Positions 12,420 to 25,603 of a stretch of DNA of 64,000 bases are shown here, one piece after another. This stretch comes from Octopus sinensis (taxonomy: Eukaryota). The stretch is taken from positions 22,072,001 through 22,136,000 of the forward strand of contig NC_043006.1 of the NCBI RefSeq assembly GCF_006345805.1. The letters run 5' to 3'. The notes beneath the pieces were generated by a model, which had not been told where the DNA came from, ran no database searches, and saw only the letters and a program-made list of their open reading frames with translations. Position numbers and translations under genes: made by a program. Every line of letters begins with the position of its first letter. The stretch's first letter is position 1.

Positions 12420-12825
12420 GTAGGAGCTGGGTGAAACGTTAGCACGCCGGGCGAAATGCATAGCCGTATTTCGCCTGTCTTTGCGTTCTGAGTTCAAATT
12501 CCACCGAGGTCGACTTTGCCTTTCATCCTTTCGGGGTCGATTAAATAAGTACCAGTTACGCACTGGGGTCGATATAATCGACTTAATCCGTTTGTCTGTC
12601 CTTGTTTGTCCTCTCTGTGTTTAGCCCCTTGTGGGTAGTAAAGAAATAGGTATTTCATCTGCTGCTACGTTCTGAGTTCAAATTCTGTCAAGGTCAACTT
12701 TGCCTTTCATCCTTTCGGGGTCGATTAAATAAGTACCAGTTACGCACTGGGGTCGATATAATCGACTTAATCCGTTTGTCTGTCCTCTCTGTGTTTAGCC
12801 CCTTGTGGGTTGTAAAGAAATAGGT
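12420..12825 (+). mobile_element. SINE family A dimer (head plus two body units)
   Basis: Junction aaagaaatag|gtatttc at 12649/12650; TSD ggtaggag at 12419-12426 and 12823-12830. Confidence 0.85.
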
Positions 12826-14026
12826 AGGAGTGTTGGGAAAATGGGTTGTGGGGCAGTTTTGTCAGAGAACAGAATTATGTTTGTGAGGGGGATGGCCATA
12901 AAGGGCATGCCTGTATGTAAGGATGCCCATGATTTTACTTAGCTGGACATAACTTCTCAAGCACAGCAAACGGGTGTGTTACATGACGCCAGCATCGGCC
13001 ATGTTGAATTCATTTTAACTTTGCTTGTGATCCACAAGGTATCAGTAGCTGGACTGACACTCCACTGAAGACTGGTAATTCAGTGTCTTGTTCTGAAGTG
13101 CAGCAAAATCTTTTAATTTTAAGAATCATCATCATCATTTAGCATCCGCTTTCCATGCTAGCATGGGTTGGACGGTTCAACTGGGGTCTGGGAAGCCAGA
13201 AGGCTGCACCGGGCCCAGTCTGATCTGGCAATGTTTCTACAGCTGGCTGCCCTTCCATATCTTAATAAAACAAATTTTTTATACAAATCACTCTCAAGTT
13301 GCAATTAATTCATTTTCTACATCAATCATGGTCAAATTGTGACCCACAGGTACTTTCTGAACAGCATGCTTAAATGCAAGGTCACATTGGATTTTCTTTA
13401 ATCATGAGGTCTACTTGATGCTGAGCTGTGTCTCATGCAGCCCACTTCTCACAAAATATTCCCCATAGCTGTTCTAGATGGTAAAAAAATGTCCAATATA
13501 CTGGTTAGTTTCATTTGATGTCCAGTTGTCAACCACACAGACGTATACATCATGTGACCGTAGCAGCACAGTCTTCTCTCTTGAACACTACATCTGATAC
13601 CTAATTTTTCTCTAAGATCATTTACACTTTGTTATATATGCACATTAATATTACCCATCCGGCAGAGCATGCTGGCTTCATTGTTGAAAATCTGCCTCAA
13701 TAAGTTTTGTGTAATCAATACCAGCATGGAAAAGTCGCCATAAAAAAACTTATTACTCTGTTAAAAGTTCCTGAATCATCATCATTTAGTGTCCGCTTAA
13801 TAAACATCACTTAATTAAACAAAGAGAAAACAACAACAAATTAACAAAAGAACATTTCTTTTATTTATCCCTTTCTACAGTTAAAGATAGTTTTAGAAAA
13901 GAGACAGTGATGTCAAAAAAAGCCAGCAGAAAAAAAATATGACTATTATGGGATAAAATGTTTCTAGTCAGCTGCATAGTAGAAAATAGCAGAAACAGTC
14001 TTAGCAAATTATATAACATATATATA

Positions 14027-14541
14027 TATATGTATGAGTATATATATATATATATATATAGTATATATATATATATATATGTATGAGTATATATATATAT
14101 ATATGTATGAGTATATATATATATATATATGTATGAGTATATATATATATATATATGTATGAGTATATATATATATATATATGTATGAGTATATATATAT
14201 ATATACACATATATGTATGTATGAGTATATATATATACACATATATATATGTATGAGATATATATATATATACACATATATATATGTATGAGTATATATA
14301 AATATATATATATATACATATGTATGTATGAGTATATATATATATACATATGTATGTATGAGTATATATATATATATGTATGAGTATATATATATATGTA
14401 CATACATATGTATGTATATATATATATATATATATATGTATGAGTATATATATATATATACACATATATATACACACATATATATATACACACATATGTA
14501 TGAGTATATATACACACACACACACACATATATATATATAT
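14027..14541. repeat. (AT)n-based minisatellite with recurring gtatgagt
   Basis: Direct reading. Confidence 0.9.
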
Positions 14542-14789
14542 CTCTTAGTAAAAGGCATACTTCTGAGCAACCAATTTGGTGTCAAATACTGATAGTAAAA
14601 GCAAGTTATTGCTTTAGAAATGTTTATTTTTCTTATATGTACATGCTTAGTCTTCTGCAGTTAGTGCGTGCAGCATGATGTGTTGTGTGAAGAAGTGCTC
14701 TCGTAAGCTTGTCTAAAACACAACAACAACAAAGGCAGCAAAAGGAGCTAAGAAGAAACAAATGCCTGTTTCTTTAAACAGACGCAGTT

Positions 14790-14795
14790 TATTAA
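14790..14795 (-). terminator. Candidate distal polyadenylation signal (tetraspanin sense)
   Basis: AATAAA on minus, followed by a GU-rich tract near 14716-14730; it ends a 2.3-kb U-rich stretch with no interspersed repeat that I recognised. Confidence 0.45.
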
Positions 14796-17049
14796 AAAAA
14801 AAAAAAAATTTTTTTGCATTCATGTGTAAAAAAAATATTAAAAAATAAATTAGGCATAAAATTAAAAAAGAAAAAAAAAATTAAATGCATTGGATATTAT
14901 AACTTTGGTTTTTGATATAACGTTGAAGAGAATTATCAGGAAAGTAATTAAAAAAAAAAAAGTTTCAGCAGACTTAGATAATTAATCTTTTCCTTTTGAT
15001 TTTAGTTCATCAAATTTTAATTAATATCAAAGATGAATGGAAAATAAGTTAATTTGTAAATCAAGTTTTACAGGTGTTTTAAAAGATGAAGCCTTAAGCC
15101 TAAAGCCATCAATATTTAAAACTTTACTAACGAAGCAAACTATGGGAATTTTTTTATTTTTTATTTTTTCCCAACAAACAGTATGTTTTCTTTAGTTTTT
15201 TTTTTGTTTTGTTTTGGTTTTCATCTTCAGAATAAATGGTTTCACTTTACAAAGTGAAACCAAATAAGGTGTAATTCCAGTAGAAAGTTGTTGCTACTTT
15301 AGGGACAACAGCAAATGGCAAAAAACAGAACTGACTGTGTAGAAAGAAGCCAGAGCTTGGTTATAGATAGAACTATTTATTTATGTTAAACATCGTCAAG
15401 GGAAAAGTGTTATGGTGTTTATTAAAAAAAAAAAAAAAAATCTCGGCAAAAATTACACAAGGAAAGATTTCACAAAATCAAAACAAACAAAAACAAAAAA
15501 TAAACGGAACAAATTAAGTTGAACTTGTGTCATGGATAATTTCCCTTCATAAGCATAACAATTGTGAGCATTCTCTCCTCACAGATGGGAGGCTGAATAT
15601 GTGAAAACATTACATTTGTTAACACTTAACGTTTCGAATAAAATTTATTTATGTGAACATGAAACTTCAACAAGATATCGCCTATGAAAAGTGAATGGTA
15701 TCCTAGAACTCTGAGGGTTGATTTACAAACAATTTCAACATTAAAATTTAAAATCTACCTAACCAGAGGCAAGACTGCATTCTCATTAACAACATTCACA
15801 ACTACAAGATCTCCATTTAATTTATTTTCGGAGAGATTATTTTATTTCATTGGGTTCTTTTTTTTTTTTTGCATGTTTTCTTATTTAAACAAAGAGATGA
15901 GTATTACCAAAAATAGATGACCATTGTGAAAAAGAAAAACTATTGATTTATAGAGAATATGAAATGCTATAAATATTTATATATCTTTGCTCTATAATAT
16001 ATTTTATTTCAAATTAAGGCTTACTTCTTTATATAAGTGTACGTATTTACATATGCATACATTTACACAATATAGTTGCCAACAAATGTCAGGCTAGTAA
16101 TACATATTTTGCAGATAAATATTTACATACACACATACTTATTCTCAGTCCTACACGCAAACACAATAAACATACACACATGATATTGTTGCCTATATAT
16201 GTCGAGTCATTACATACACTAAGGTAAAAATAAAACCTGTCCAAACAAACTTTAAACCCCTGGATAATAGTCATGGTTTAGTATGAAGTCAAGATTTATT
16301 CCTAAATAATAATAATAAAATGACACTTAAAAGGAAAGTTATGAAAAATATCTACTTCGAAAGCAATCTTGGATGAAGGCAAATTGGTTGAAAGATAAGT
16401 TGTTTGTTTTCATTGTTTTGACCTTACGTGTGGGAAAACTTAATATATTTAGTTGAACAGAATGAATAAAATGCAGTGCTCTGTATAGTTTGAATAAAAA
16501 AAAAAAATTTAATCTCCATAAAAACCAATGATGATTATCAACAATAACAAATATAAAAAAATCCTCAAAGACAATACTAAAAAACAGTTTTTCAGCTGAC
16601 TTGAAATCAATAAAACAGACAAAAGACAGTTATTTGGCAGAAGCCAAAACAAGAGAACTTAGTTGAAAAGAGCACATGAATATAAACATAAATACATATA
16701 TATGTATATTGATCATAAAAGTTGAAATGAACAGAAAGTTTTTGTGGGCATCAGATTCTGAAGGTTAAAAAATATCACTATAAATGCATCGATACTCTAC
16801 ACACTATTGATTGGTAAGCAACAACATTTTAACAGAACATGGCATTTATAGAAGTGGTTGGTCAACTGGGCCCATGTTTCTGTAAGCAATATTTGATAAA
16901 CATAAAAGTTAATTAAAAATGCTATCTAATTATCAAAAATAAAAGAATGCCTTTTTGAAGAGAGAGAGAGAGAGAGAGACCTAAAAAGAGAAAGTAAAAA
17001 TAAGGGTAATGATAAATGTTCACTCTTTTTCATTTTTGATTTCTTAATT

Positions 17050-17112
17050 CTATTTTATTCTAACATTTTGCAATTGTTTTGAAGAACCTGTTATTAGGAA
17101 ACAGTGAGATAT
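17050..17112 (-). CDS. Candidate distal last exon of the tetraspanin, coding part (ISHCFLITGSSKQLQNVRIK* if phase 0)
   Basis: Branch-point-like ACTGAC at 17143-17138, ~60-nt pyrimidine tract, TTTAG ending 17113. Reading frame not established. Confidence 0.35.
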   Translation of the reverse strand: MSHCFLITGSSKQLQNVRIK

Positions 17113-17199
17113 CTAAAGTGAAACAATGGACGGAAATGTCAGTAAATGATAATGAAAGAGATGGGAAAAGAGAATAAGTAATAGTTTCCAAAATAATAG

Positions 17200-17515
17200 T
17201 ACATGTATATAACGTATATATGTATGTATATGTGTGTGTAATCATACATAACATATACATATATATACATACACACAGCCTTGTAAACACAAGCACAATC
17301 TATTGTGTATATATATATACATATATATAACGTATATATGTATGTATGTATATGTAATCATACATAACATATATACATACACACAGCCTTGTAAACACAA
17401 GCACAATCTATTGTGTATATATACACATGTATATAACATATATATGTATGTATATGTGTGTGTAATCATACACACATATATGTATACACACAGCCTTGTA
17501 AACACAATCTATTTT
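17200..17515. repeat. About three copies of a ~108-bp minisatellite
   Basis: cagccttgtaaacacaa at 17276, 17384 and 17491. Confidence 0.85.
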
Positions 17516-17877
17516 ACATTGTATCTATATATGTATATAAATGTTTACACACATATATGCATACAAATATATGTATCTACGTTTATGTAAATATGTGTTT
17601 GTATATATAAATGTGTGTGTATGTGTACATATATTCCATGCATGTATGTACATATGTCATAAGCTATTACATTAAGAAATTCAGAGAAGTGTATATGATG
17701 TTTATTAAACCCCAAATTAATCTGTTACAGTGAATAAAATACAAAATACCTTGTTTGAGGGAGAAGAAATCATAACTTTCTGTAAAGTTTATATTATTTG
17801 AATACATCCTTTAACACATGTTTGTACATTTGAAGAGTGAACATCTAGCTGAAACAAATAATAATAATAATCACAGT

Positions 17878-18690
17878 CCTTTCAGCTATAGGCACAAGGC
17901 CTGAAATCTTTGGGGGAAGAAGTTAGGCTAGCCAGTTACATCGACCCCAGTGATCAACTGGTACTTATTTTATTGACCCCGAAAGGATGAAAAGCAAAGT
18001 CAACCTAGGTGGAATTTGAGCTCTGATCATAAAGACAGACATAATGTCACTAAGCATTTTGTCAGTGTACTAATGATTCTGCCAGCTCACTGCTTTAGTA
18101 GTAGTAGTAATCATACTTTCTACTACAGGCACAAGGCCTGAAATTTTGTGTGAGGGGGACCAGTCGATTACATCGACCCCAGTGCAAAACTGGTACTTAA
18201 TCTATTATCAACCCCGAAAGGATAAAAGGCAAAGCTGACCCCGGCAGAATAATAATAATCCTTTCTACTATAGGCACAAGGACTGGAATTTTAAGGGAAA
18301 GGGAAGTTGATTACATCAACCCCAGTATTTAACTGGTAGTCATTTTATCAACTCCCAAAAGATGAAAGGCAAAGTTGACCTTCACAGAATTTAAATTCAA
18401 AATGTAAAGATGGATAAGTGTTGCTAAGCATTTTGTTTAGAGTGCTAACAATTCTGTCAGCTTACTGTAATAATAATTATTTCAAATTTTGGCACAAGGC
18501 CAGCAATTTTGGGGGAGGGGGTAAGTCAATTACATTGACCCCAGTACCTAACTGGTACTTCATTTATCAACCCTGAAAGGATGAAAGGCGAAGTTGACCT
18601 CGGCAGTATTTGAACTCAGAATGTAACGACGGATGAAATGCCACTAAAGCATTTTGCGTGGCATGCTAACAATTCTGCCAGCTTGCCATC
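17878..18690 (-). mobile_element. Chain of four co-oriented SINE family A copies
   Basis: Repeated ggcacaagg...aaaggcaaag...ctgccagct modules separated by AAT/AGT runs. Confidence 0.8.
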
Positions 18691-18990
18691 TTTATAATAA
18701 TAATTCCTAACATCTCCGACAAGAAAGCTGATAAAAGAAAATTAGTTCTACACTTTAAAATATTCCCTCTTGATATCGTTTGAAAGATAAATTCAATTAG
18801 AATGAAAACAGGATTTAAAGAAAATTATATGAATTATTTCTGAGTAAAGAAACATTTGTTGTTTTTATCACACACACACATAGAGGCTCAATATTATTTT
18901 ATTACTGTAGATAAGGTAAAATGCTTCCAATAGCCTACTGTATTTACACTGAAATTTAATTTGTGTACATACATATAATATCACACACAC

Positions 18991-19108
18991 CTTCTTTTCC
19001 TCTTCAGGCAGATCTACAGAAATATACCAATAATCTCTACTATCAGCATGGATTTTGGTGACAAGGTTTCGTTGAAATGAAGATTTTCTTTTCACATATG
19101 GATGCAAA
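18991..19108 (-). CDS. Candidate cassette exon (LHPYVKRKSSFQRNLVTKIHADSRDYWYISVDLPEEEKK)
   Basis: cag acceptor (weak pyrimidine tract) and AAG|GTGTGT donor; phase fits an internal donor in exon 8. No homology recognised. Confidence 0.25.
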
Positions 19109-20887
19109 CTGATTTGTATAACACAATATACATACAGGTTTACATATGCTTATCACAAACACAAAATGGCATATACACCCATATATATATAGATTTGTTT
19201 ATTTTTATATTGTCAAACAGTATATTTCTGGTTATGGCATATGACTGGGCAGAATGTTACTGACGGTTTTATGTCAACTATTGCACTAGTGAAATAGTCT
19301 GTTTGACTGCTTGACGATATAAAAATATAACCATTCTATTTCTTAGTATACTTTTTTGTCTGACTTATGGAGAACTAACTGAATATATATATATATATAT
19401 AAAATATAGATTAGAGATAATACCACTATTATGCAACTCAAACAGTGATAGGCATAAACCAATACATAAATAACAAATAATATATATTTTTATAAAACAT
19501 ATAACTTATAACTAGATCTCAAAAAGTATAAAATGAATGATCAATATTATAATATAATAAGTAAAAACACTACGTACGTTTCATGGCTACAATTAAATTC
19601 GAATTACAATTAAGTTTAAATTCAATTGAAATAAATTCGATTTAAAATTATAGTCAATCTTCAGGTTAATGATAATAGTTAAATAAATAAATAAGCAAAT
19701 AGAGTTAAACAATATTTATTTAAGAAATAAATAAAATAATAGTATAGTGTTGAAAAGTCAGAAGGAGCAGAGGTTATCTTGAAGATTCCTTTGTAGATGT
19801 GGTGCACTATAAACCATGATATACTTCAGAACTAGATAATTGCAAGACAATTTCATTTAGTCTAGTATATTGTGTTTATTAGTATATAGTATATTCTAAC
19901 ACACTGTATCTAAAAAGGATCTTTCTTAAGACAACCATTACAGTATCTGACTTTTTTAATACGTTAAGTATGTCGTATAGATAAATATTTTAATTTAGAG
20001 CTGCTCCTATTGCATAATTCAAATATATACATATGCATACACACATATACATATATATATACTGTATGTATTGAGTCCCTTTTCTCCTACATATATATTG
20101 ATTTCAAACTTTGGCACAAGGCCAGCAATTTCAGGGGAGGGGTAACTAGTACTTATTTTTATCAACCATCCCCGCAAGGATGAAAGGCAAAGTTGACCTC
20201 GCTGGAATTTGAACATAGAACGCATTCCTCCAGTGTGCTAATGATTCTGCTAACTCACTGCCGTTTCCGACATTTACATTAATAACACATTTATATATGT
20301 CTGTGTGTATGTGTAAGCATATCTATATATTCATTCATAAAAGGAGTGAACAGAGACCAGAGTGTTGAGATGAACAATCAAAAAGAAAGGAAACCATTTA
20401 GAATAAGCAATCCAGGTTCAAATCAACTCAATATTATTATTAAATCAAGCAATGGGATGTATTTGGTCACTCATCTTATCTAGTCAGGTTTAAAATAACA
20501 TTATATATAAATATCTCATGCTCCACAGAAAAACAGGGCCTCAAATTAGTAAATGTGGAGGACAAATGAGAACTGTAAGATGCTTCTTATGTTTTTTTTA
20601 AGTGCATTAGAAGCACAAATGGGCCCCCATCTAGAAATGGAAACTGCATGACTGACTTGGCTTGTTGGAACTAATCGTAATAGAGGAAACCCAACATGAC
20701 TATTAAAATTTGATTTGCAAAACCAATTCTAGTGAATTCATTTATGCAGCACTATACAGTATAACGCACTATGCATGAACGAATCCAACACATCAGGGCA
20801 TGCACTACTATGCAAATCAGACATTTCAGTTTAGCAGAGTCTTAGTCAGTACACACTATAAATAACTATAAGTCATAAAACTTACTG

Positions 20888-20960
20888 TGGACAAAATACT
20901 GATAGTCTTTCTCTGATGAAGAGCTAATAAGACTAGAAACTAGTCAGGTTTGTTCCACAT
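20888..20960 (+). ncRNA. Degenerate hammerhead-ribozyme-like motif
   Basis: CTGATGA at 20913-20919, then GAAAC-TA-GTC (palindromic ACTAGT stem III, GUC site); stem II closing pair mismatched. Confidence 0.45.
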
Positions 20961-21389
20961 GTTTTCTGTTAACAGAGAAATAAAACCTACAGTATAACCA
21001 CATTGCTTACTTTTCACAAAAAAGCTAACAACTGTATGTTTATTAAAATAAAAAAAACATTAAAAAAACCTAGTCATTTCAATTCTAATTAGTATTCAGT
21101 TTTCACCTGATATATTCATCAAAACACATACACAAACTTTTTTTTCATATATATCCCACTCAGTATTTTACATGAATGCATTCTAAAATATTAAGCTAAA
21201 AGAATTTATTACATTATATTTATCTCTTTATTTTCTTTCTTTTTATTCTTTAATAGAACAAGGTATTATAATGTTGAAATTTCATATCAACACATCAATA
21301 ATGTTTTGTTGAGACAATGAAATATAACAGAACTTTCGTTAAAATAATAATAATAATAATAATAATTATAATAATAACAATAATAATAA

Positions 21390-22010
21390 TCTATTCTACT
21401 AAAGGCATAAGGCCTGAAATTTTGGGGAGAGGGATAGTCGATTGCATCGACCCCAGTACTCAACTGGTACTTATTTTATTGATCCCAAAAGGATGAAAGG
21501 CAAAGTCAACTCTGGGGAAATTTGAACTCAGAATGTAAGGGTGGATGAAATGCCGCTAAGCATTTTGCCTGGTGTGCTAACAATTCAGCCAACTCACCGC
21601 CTTAATAATAATGGTTTCAAATTTTGCCACAACAGCAGCCATTTTGGGGGGATGAATCGATTACATCAACCCCAGTATTCAACTGGTACTTGTTTTATCG
21701 ACCCCGAAAGGATGAAAGGCAAAGTTGACCTTGCCGGAATCTGAACTCAGAATGTAGCAATAGGTGAAATACTGCTAAGCATTTCACCCAGTGGGCTAAC
21801 AATTCTGCCAGCTCACTACCTATAATAATAATAATAATTGTTTCACATTTTGACACGAGGCCAGCAATTTTAATAAGTGGGTTTTGTCGATATCATCAAC
21901 CCTAAAAAGATGAAAGCTAAAATCAGCTCCAGTGAGATTTGAACTCAGAACACGAAGAGATATAAGGAAAACACTGCAAAGCATTTTGTTTGATGCTCTA
22001 ATAATACCGT
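21390..22010 (-). mobile_element. Chain of three co-oriented SINE family A copies
   Basis: Same modules as 17878-18690. Confidence 0.8.
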
Positions 22011-22791
22011 TAGCACTAAACCCTCCCCTTTGATTTTACACTAATACTAATACTAATAATAATAATAGAATGATAAGGGAGTATTTTAATGTTGACTTAG
22101 AAGTTCAGTTGGGATTTACAAGGCTGCACTTTTGACCACTGGTGAAATAATTAAACAATTTAGCATATTTGACCTCTGACCTCATCTTCCTTTATGTTCC
22201 CATCTACACTGCATTTCATCCTATATATTACTTGGGCATTACCAGTTTATAGATATAAATGCTTTTCTGCAGCTGATACAGCTTTTGTTGTTAATAACAA
22301 ATTTTTACCTGGCTTGCCAGCTATTTGCAACACCAGTAACTTGTTAATCCTTGTTTTTGTATGTCAGTGCCAGCTGAATTTGTTTAGGTATGCAGTTGAT
22401 AGTGGATAGATACTTGCTATTTATGACATGCGAAGATGCAAAAATCTTAGATTTAGCAATTCCACTACTGCTGCTGATAAACTTACGTGCCTTTTAGCAC
22501 TGTATGTCTATATGAGACACTTTCTCAAGACGAATACTACAGTTTTGTGGCTTTCTACAGTATATCCACATTATGTAAGATATATAGAATGCTATTCTGA
22601 ACTAATACTGCTTCATTCAGATATACATCATCATCGTCTAATCTTCACCTCCCATGCAGGAATAAGTTGGACAGTTTGACAGGAGCTGGCCAGGTAGAAG
22701 AGACTTCTGTGTCTGTTTTGGCATGGTTTTTATGGCTGGATTCCCTTCCTAACACCAAACATCCAGCACATAAGTGTATATCTCCGTCTCT

Positions 22792-22833
<42 letters not shown>

Positions 22834-22844
22834 CGATCAAAAAT

Positions 22845-23167
22845 CAATGGAAATTGTAGTTGTGATACCAGTACCAGTGGCATGTAAAAGAACCATCCAA
22901 ACATGGCCGTTGCCAGCGCTGCTTCGACTGGCCTCCGTGCTGGTGGCCCGTAAAAAGCACCAACCGATTGTGGCCGTTTCCAGCCTCCCCTGGCACGTAA
23001 AAAGCACCCACTACACTCACAGAGTGGTTGGCATTAGAAAGGGCATCCAGAAGTAGAAACACTGCCAGATCAGACTGGAGCCTTGTGCAGACTCCTTGCT
23101 TCCCAGACCCCAGTCGAACCCTCTAACCCATGCAAGCATGGAAAGCGGACGCTAAACGATGATGATG
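22845..23167 (+). mobile_element. SINE family C
   Basis: gcacccactacactc...gctaaacgatgatgat. Confidence 0.85.
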
Positions 23168-23210
<43 letters not shown>

Positions 23211-23642
23211 TCTTTAGATTAGGATTCAACTGAGAACATGTAGAAAAAATATAGAATCTGAAGATAATATTAGGAACAAATCATCTGTCTTCAAGCAGCT
23301 TATATCCACCTAGACACAATAATCATATGTGCCTTGATAGATTCAATGTTAAACTCTTTGTATTATTGTATAAGTGTTTCTAATATCAAAACCCTGGGTT
23401 ACATGTACACAGGTTGCTGAGTTGAATCAGCCTGGCTTACCATGCAGAAATATATTGTCAAGAAAACAGACCTACTGAAATGTTGTATGGATAGGAACAC
23501 AAATATAAACTCTGGTAACAATGCCTTTTGATGTAACAGAAAGGTGTTATTCAGATAACAAATTGGATAAGTACAAATGAGGCAATATTACAAAGTTGAA
23601 GACATTATATGTATGTATATATATATTTCTATAGATATAAAA

Positions 23643-23684
<42 letters not shown>

Positions 23685-23779
23685 ATATATATACACATAC
23701 ACATTTGTATGTGTATGTATACATATAAATTGTTCACACATCATAATGTTCACTCTGATTAATATCATTAAATATAACA

Positions 23780-23970
23780 GTGGTTTCAAATTTTGGCACA
23801 AGGCCAGTAATTTAAGGGGCAGGATAAGTTGATTACATTGACCCCAGAACTCATCTGGTACTTACTTTATCGACCCCGAAAGGATGAAATGCAAAGTCGA
23901 CCTCAGCAGAATTTGAACTCAGAACGTAAAGACAGACGAAATGTCGCTAAGCATTTTGCCAGCTTGCCAA
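23780..23970 (-). mobile_element. SINE family A
   Basis: ttttggcacaaggccag...cgaccccgaaaggatgaa. Confidence 0.8.
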
Positions 23971-24904
23971 CCTTATTTTATTATAAATAATAATGGTAAT
24001 AATAAATATAATTGTTACTATAGCAATGTCGAATTATTTCAACCAAAAACTGGCTCCCATATGCACGATAAGGCTGAAAAAAAAATTTTTTTTTTTAATG
24101 TAAATAGAAAATAAATAAATAAATAAATGAATGAATGGATAAAAAAAAAAACAACAAATATGTAATGTTCAGCTTCGATATTGAGACAATATATAATCAA
24201 CATTATAATGAGTGTATAATCATCTTTCCAACACAATGAAATGTTGTGCTGTATGGATGACAGGCGTAAAAACATAAACATTAACAGTTTCATGTTCAAG
24301 GCAGTATATTAAACGACAGAGCATGTCTATAGCTTTAGACTGATTAAAGTGTAAAGGATGCACACATATACACTCATTCACACACGAACATATACACCAT
24401 ACACCATACATTTCATGCGTGTGTGCACACACACACACGCACACAGAGATTTAATATAGGTTTGCCATACTAAACAAGTTAGTAACTGTTTGCCACTGCA
24501 ATATATACCACTGCGTAATTATAAAAATGAAAGGCTATTTATATTTATCTGAGAATTAAAACTGTTTTGACAAGCATCAGTTCGAAGACAACCGAAAAAA
24601 ATTTTTCGTTGACAGAAAAAATGATAACAAAACAGAATTAAACAGTTGCCTTAAAATGGCATTGTTGTTTGTTTGTTTTTTGTTGTTGTTGCTTTTTCTT
24701 GTTTTTGTTTGATATTTTTTCATTTTTTTCTTGTTTTTTTTTTTTAAATTTTATTATTTTTTATTTTTAGACTTTATCATAAACAATTGTCGAAGTCAGA
24801 CAATTAATAAAATCAGGCTGAAGTCCGAAGAGAAACATTCGAACAATTATTTAACTGTCCTCAGAAGTTCAGCACCTATAATGTGTTTGTGTGTGTTTGT
24901 GCAT

Positions 24905-24941
<37 letters not shown>

Positions 24942-25128
24942 TACACACACACATACATACACACACATGCATGCACATACACACACACATGCACAGACAC
25001 ACATATATAAATATATATATGTAAATAAATACATGTACATATACATACATATATGTATGTATATATATATATACGTATATATATACAAATATATATACGT
25101 ATATATACACACAGACATATATATATAC

Positions 25129-25174
<46 letters not shown>

Positions 25175-25240
25175 GTATATATATATATATGTGTACATAT
25201 ATTTATTCACATATACATATGTATACACACACGACACACA
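24905..25240. repeat. Compound (CA)n/(AT)n microsatellite
   Basis: Direct reading. Confidence 0.9.
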
Positions 25241-25498
25241 CATCAAATTTAGCCACAAATAAACATTTTGAAGAAAAAAAAAAGAAGTTTTATTTTTTTT
25301 TCCATCTGACATGTTTTGTCGATCCATCACCGTATCCTTTTTACATCCAGCCCGCAAATTAAAAAAACATGTTTCTTTCTGTGCTGGTCTTCAGTTGATT
25401 ATGACATACAGACAACACAGAAGTGGTGGGCTTTGTGAGATTGCCTGACAAGGAGCATGGTTAATGGCCAGCACAGATAGCTTTAGGTGGGGGTGATC

Positions 25499-25603
25499 TT
25501 AAGAATTAGCAGAACTTGAGGAGCCGATTACACCAACACAATACCATGTTCGGTATTCTTCAACCCGCCGGATAAAGTAATACCCCAGTAAAAATCCGAT
25601 GAT
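25499..25603 (-). CDS. TSPAN15: TSPAN15-like tetraspanin exon 8 (TM4 end and tail: IIGFLLGYYFIRRVEEYRTWYCVGVIGSSSSANS*)
   Basis: tttctatttccag acceptor, phase 0, TAA at 25501-25499; matches the FLG.LL..YI.RVE pattern. Confidence 0.85.
   Translation of the reverse strand: MIGFLLGYYFIRRVEEYRTWYCVGVIGSSSSANS

Noticed and set aside
19008-19061. Plus-strand acceptor opening ADLQKYTNNLYYQHGFW* as an alternative MRPL20 last exon
   Set aside because: No bL20 similarity, and it lies 8.5 kb beyond a good terminal exon and poly(A) signal.
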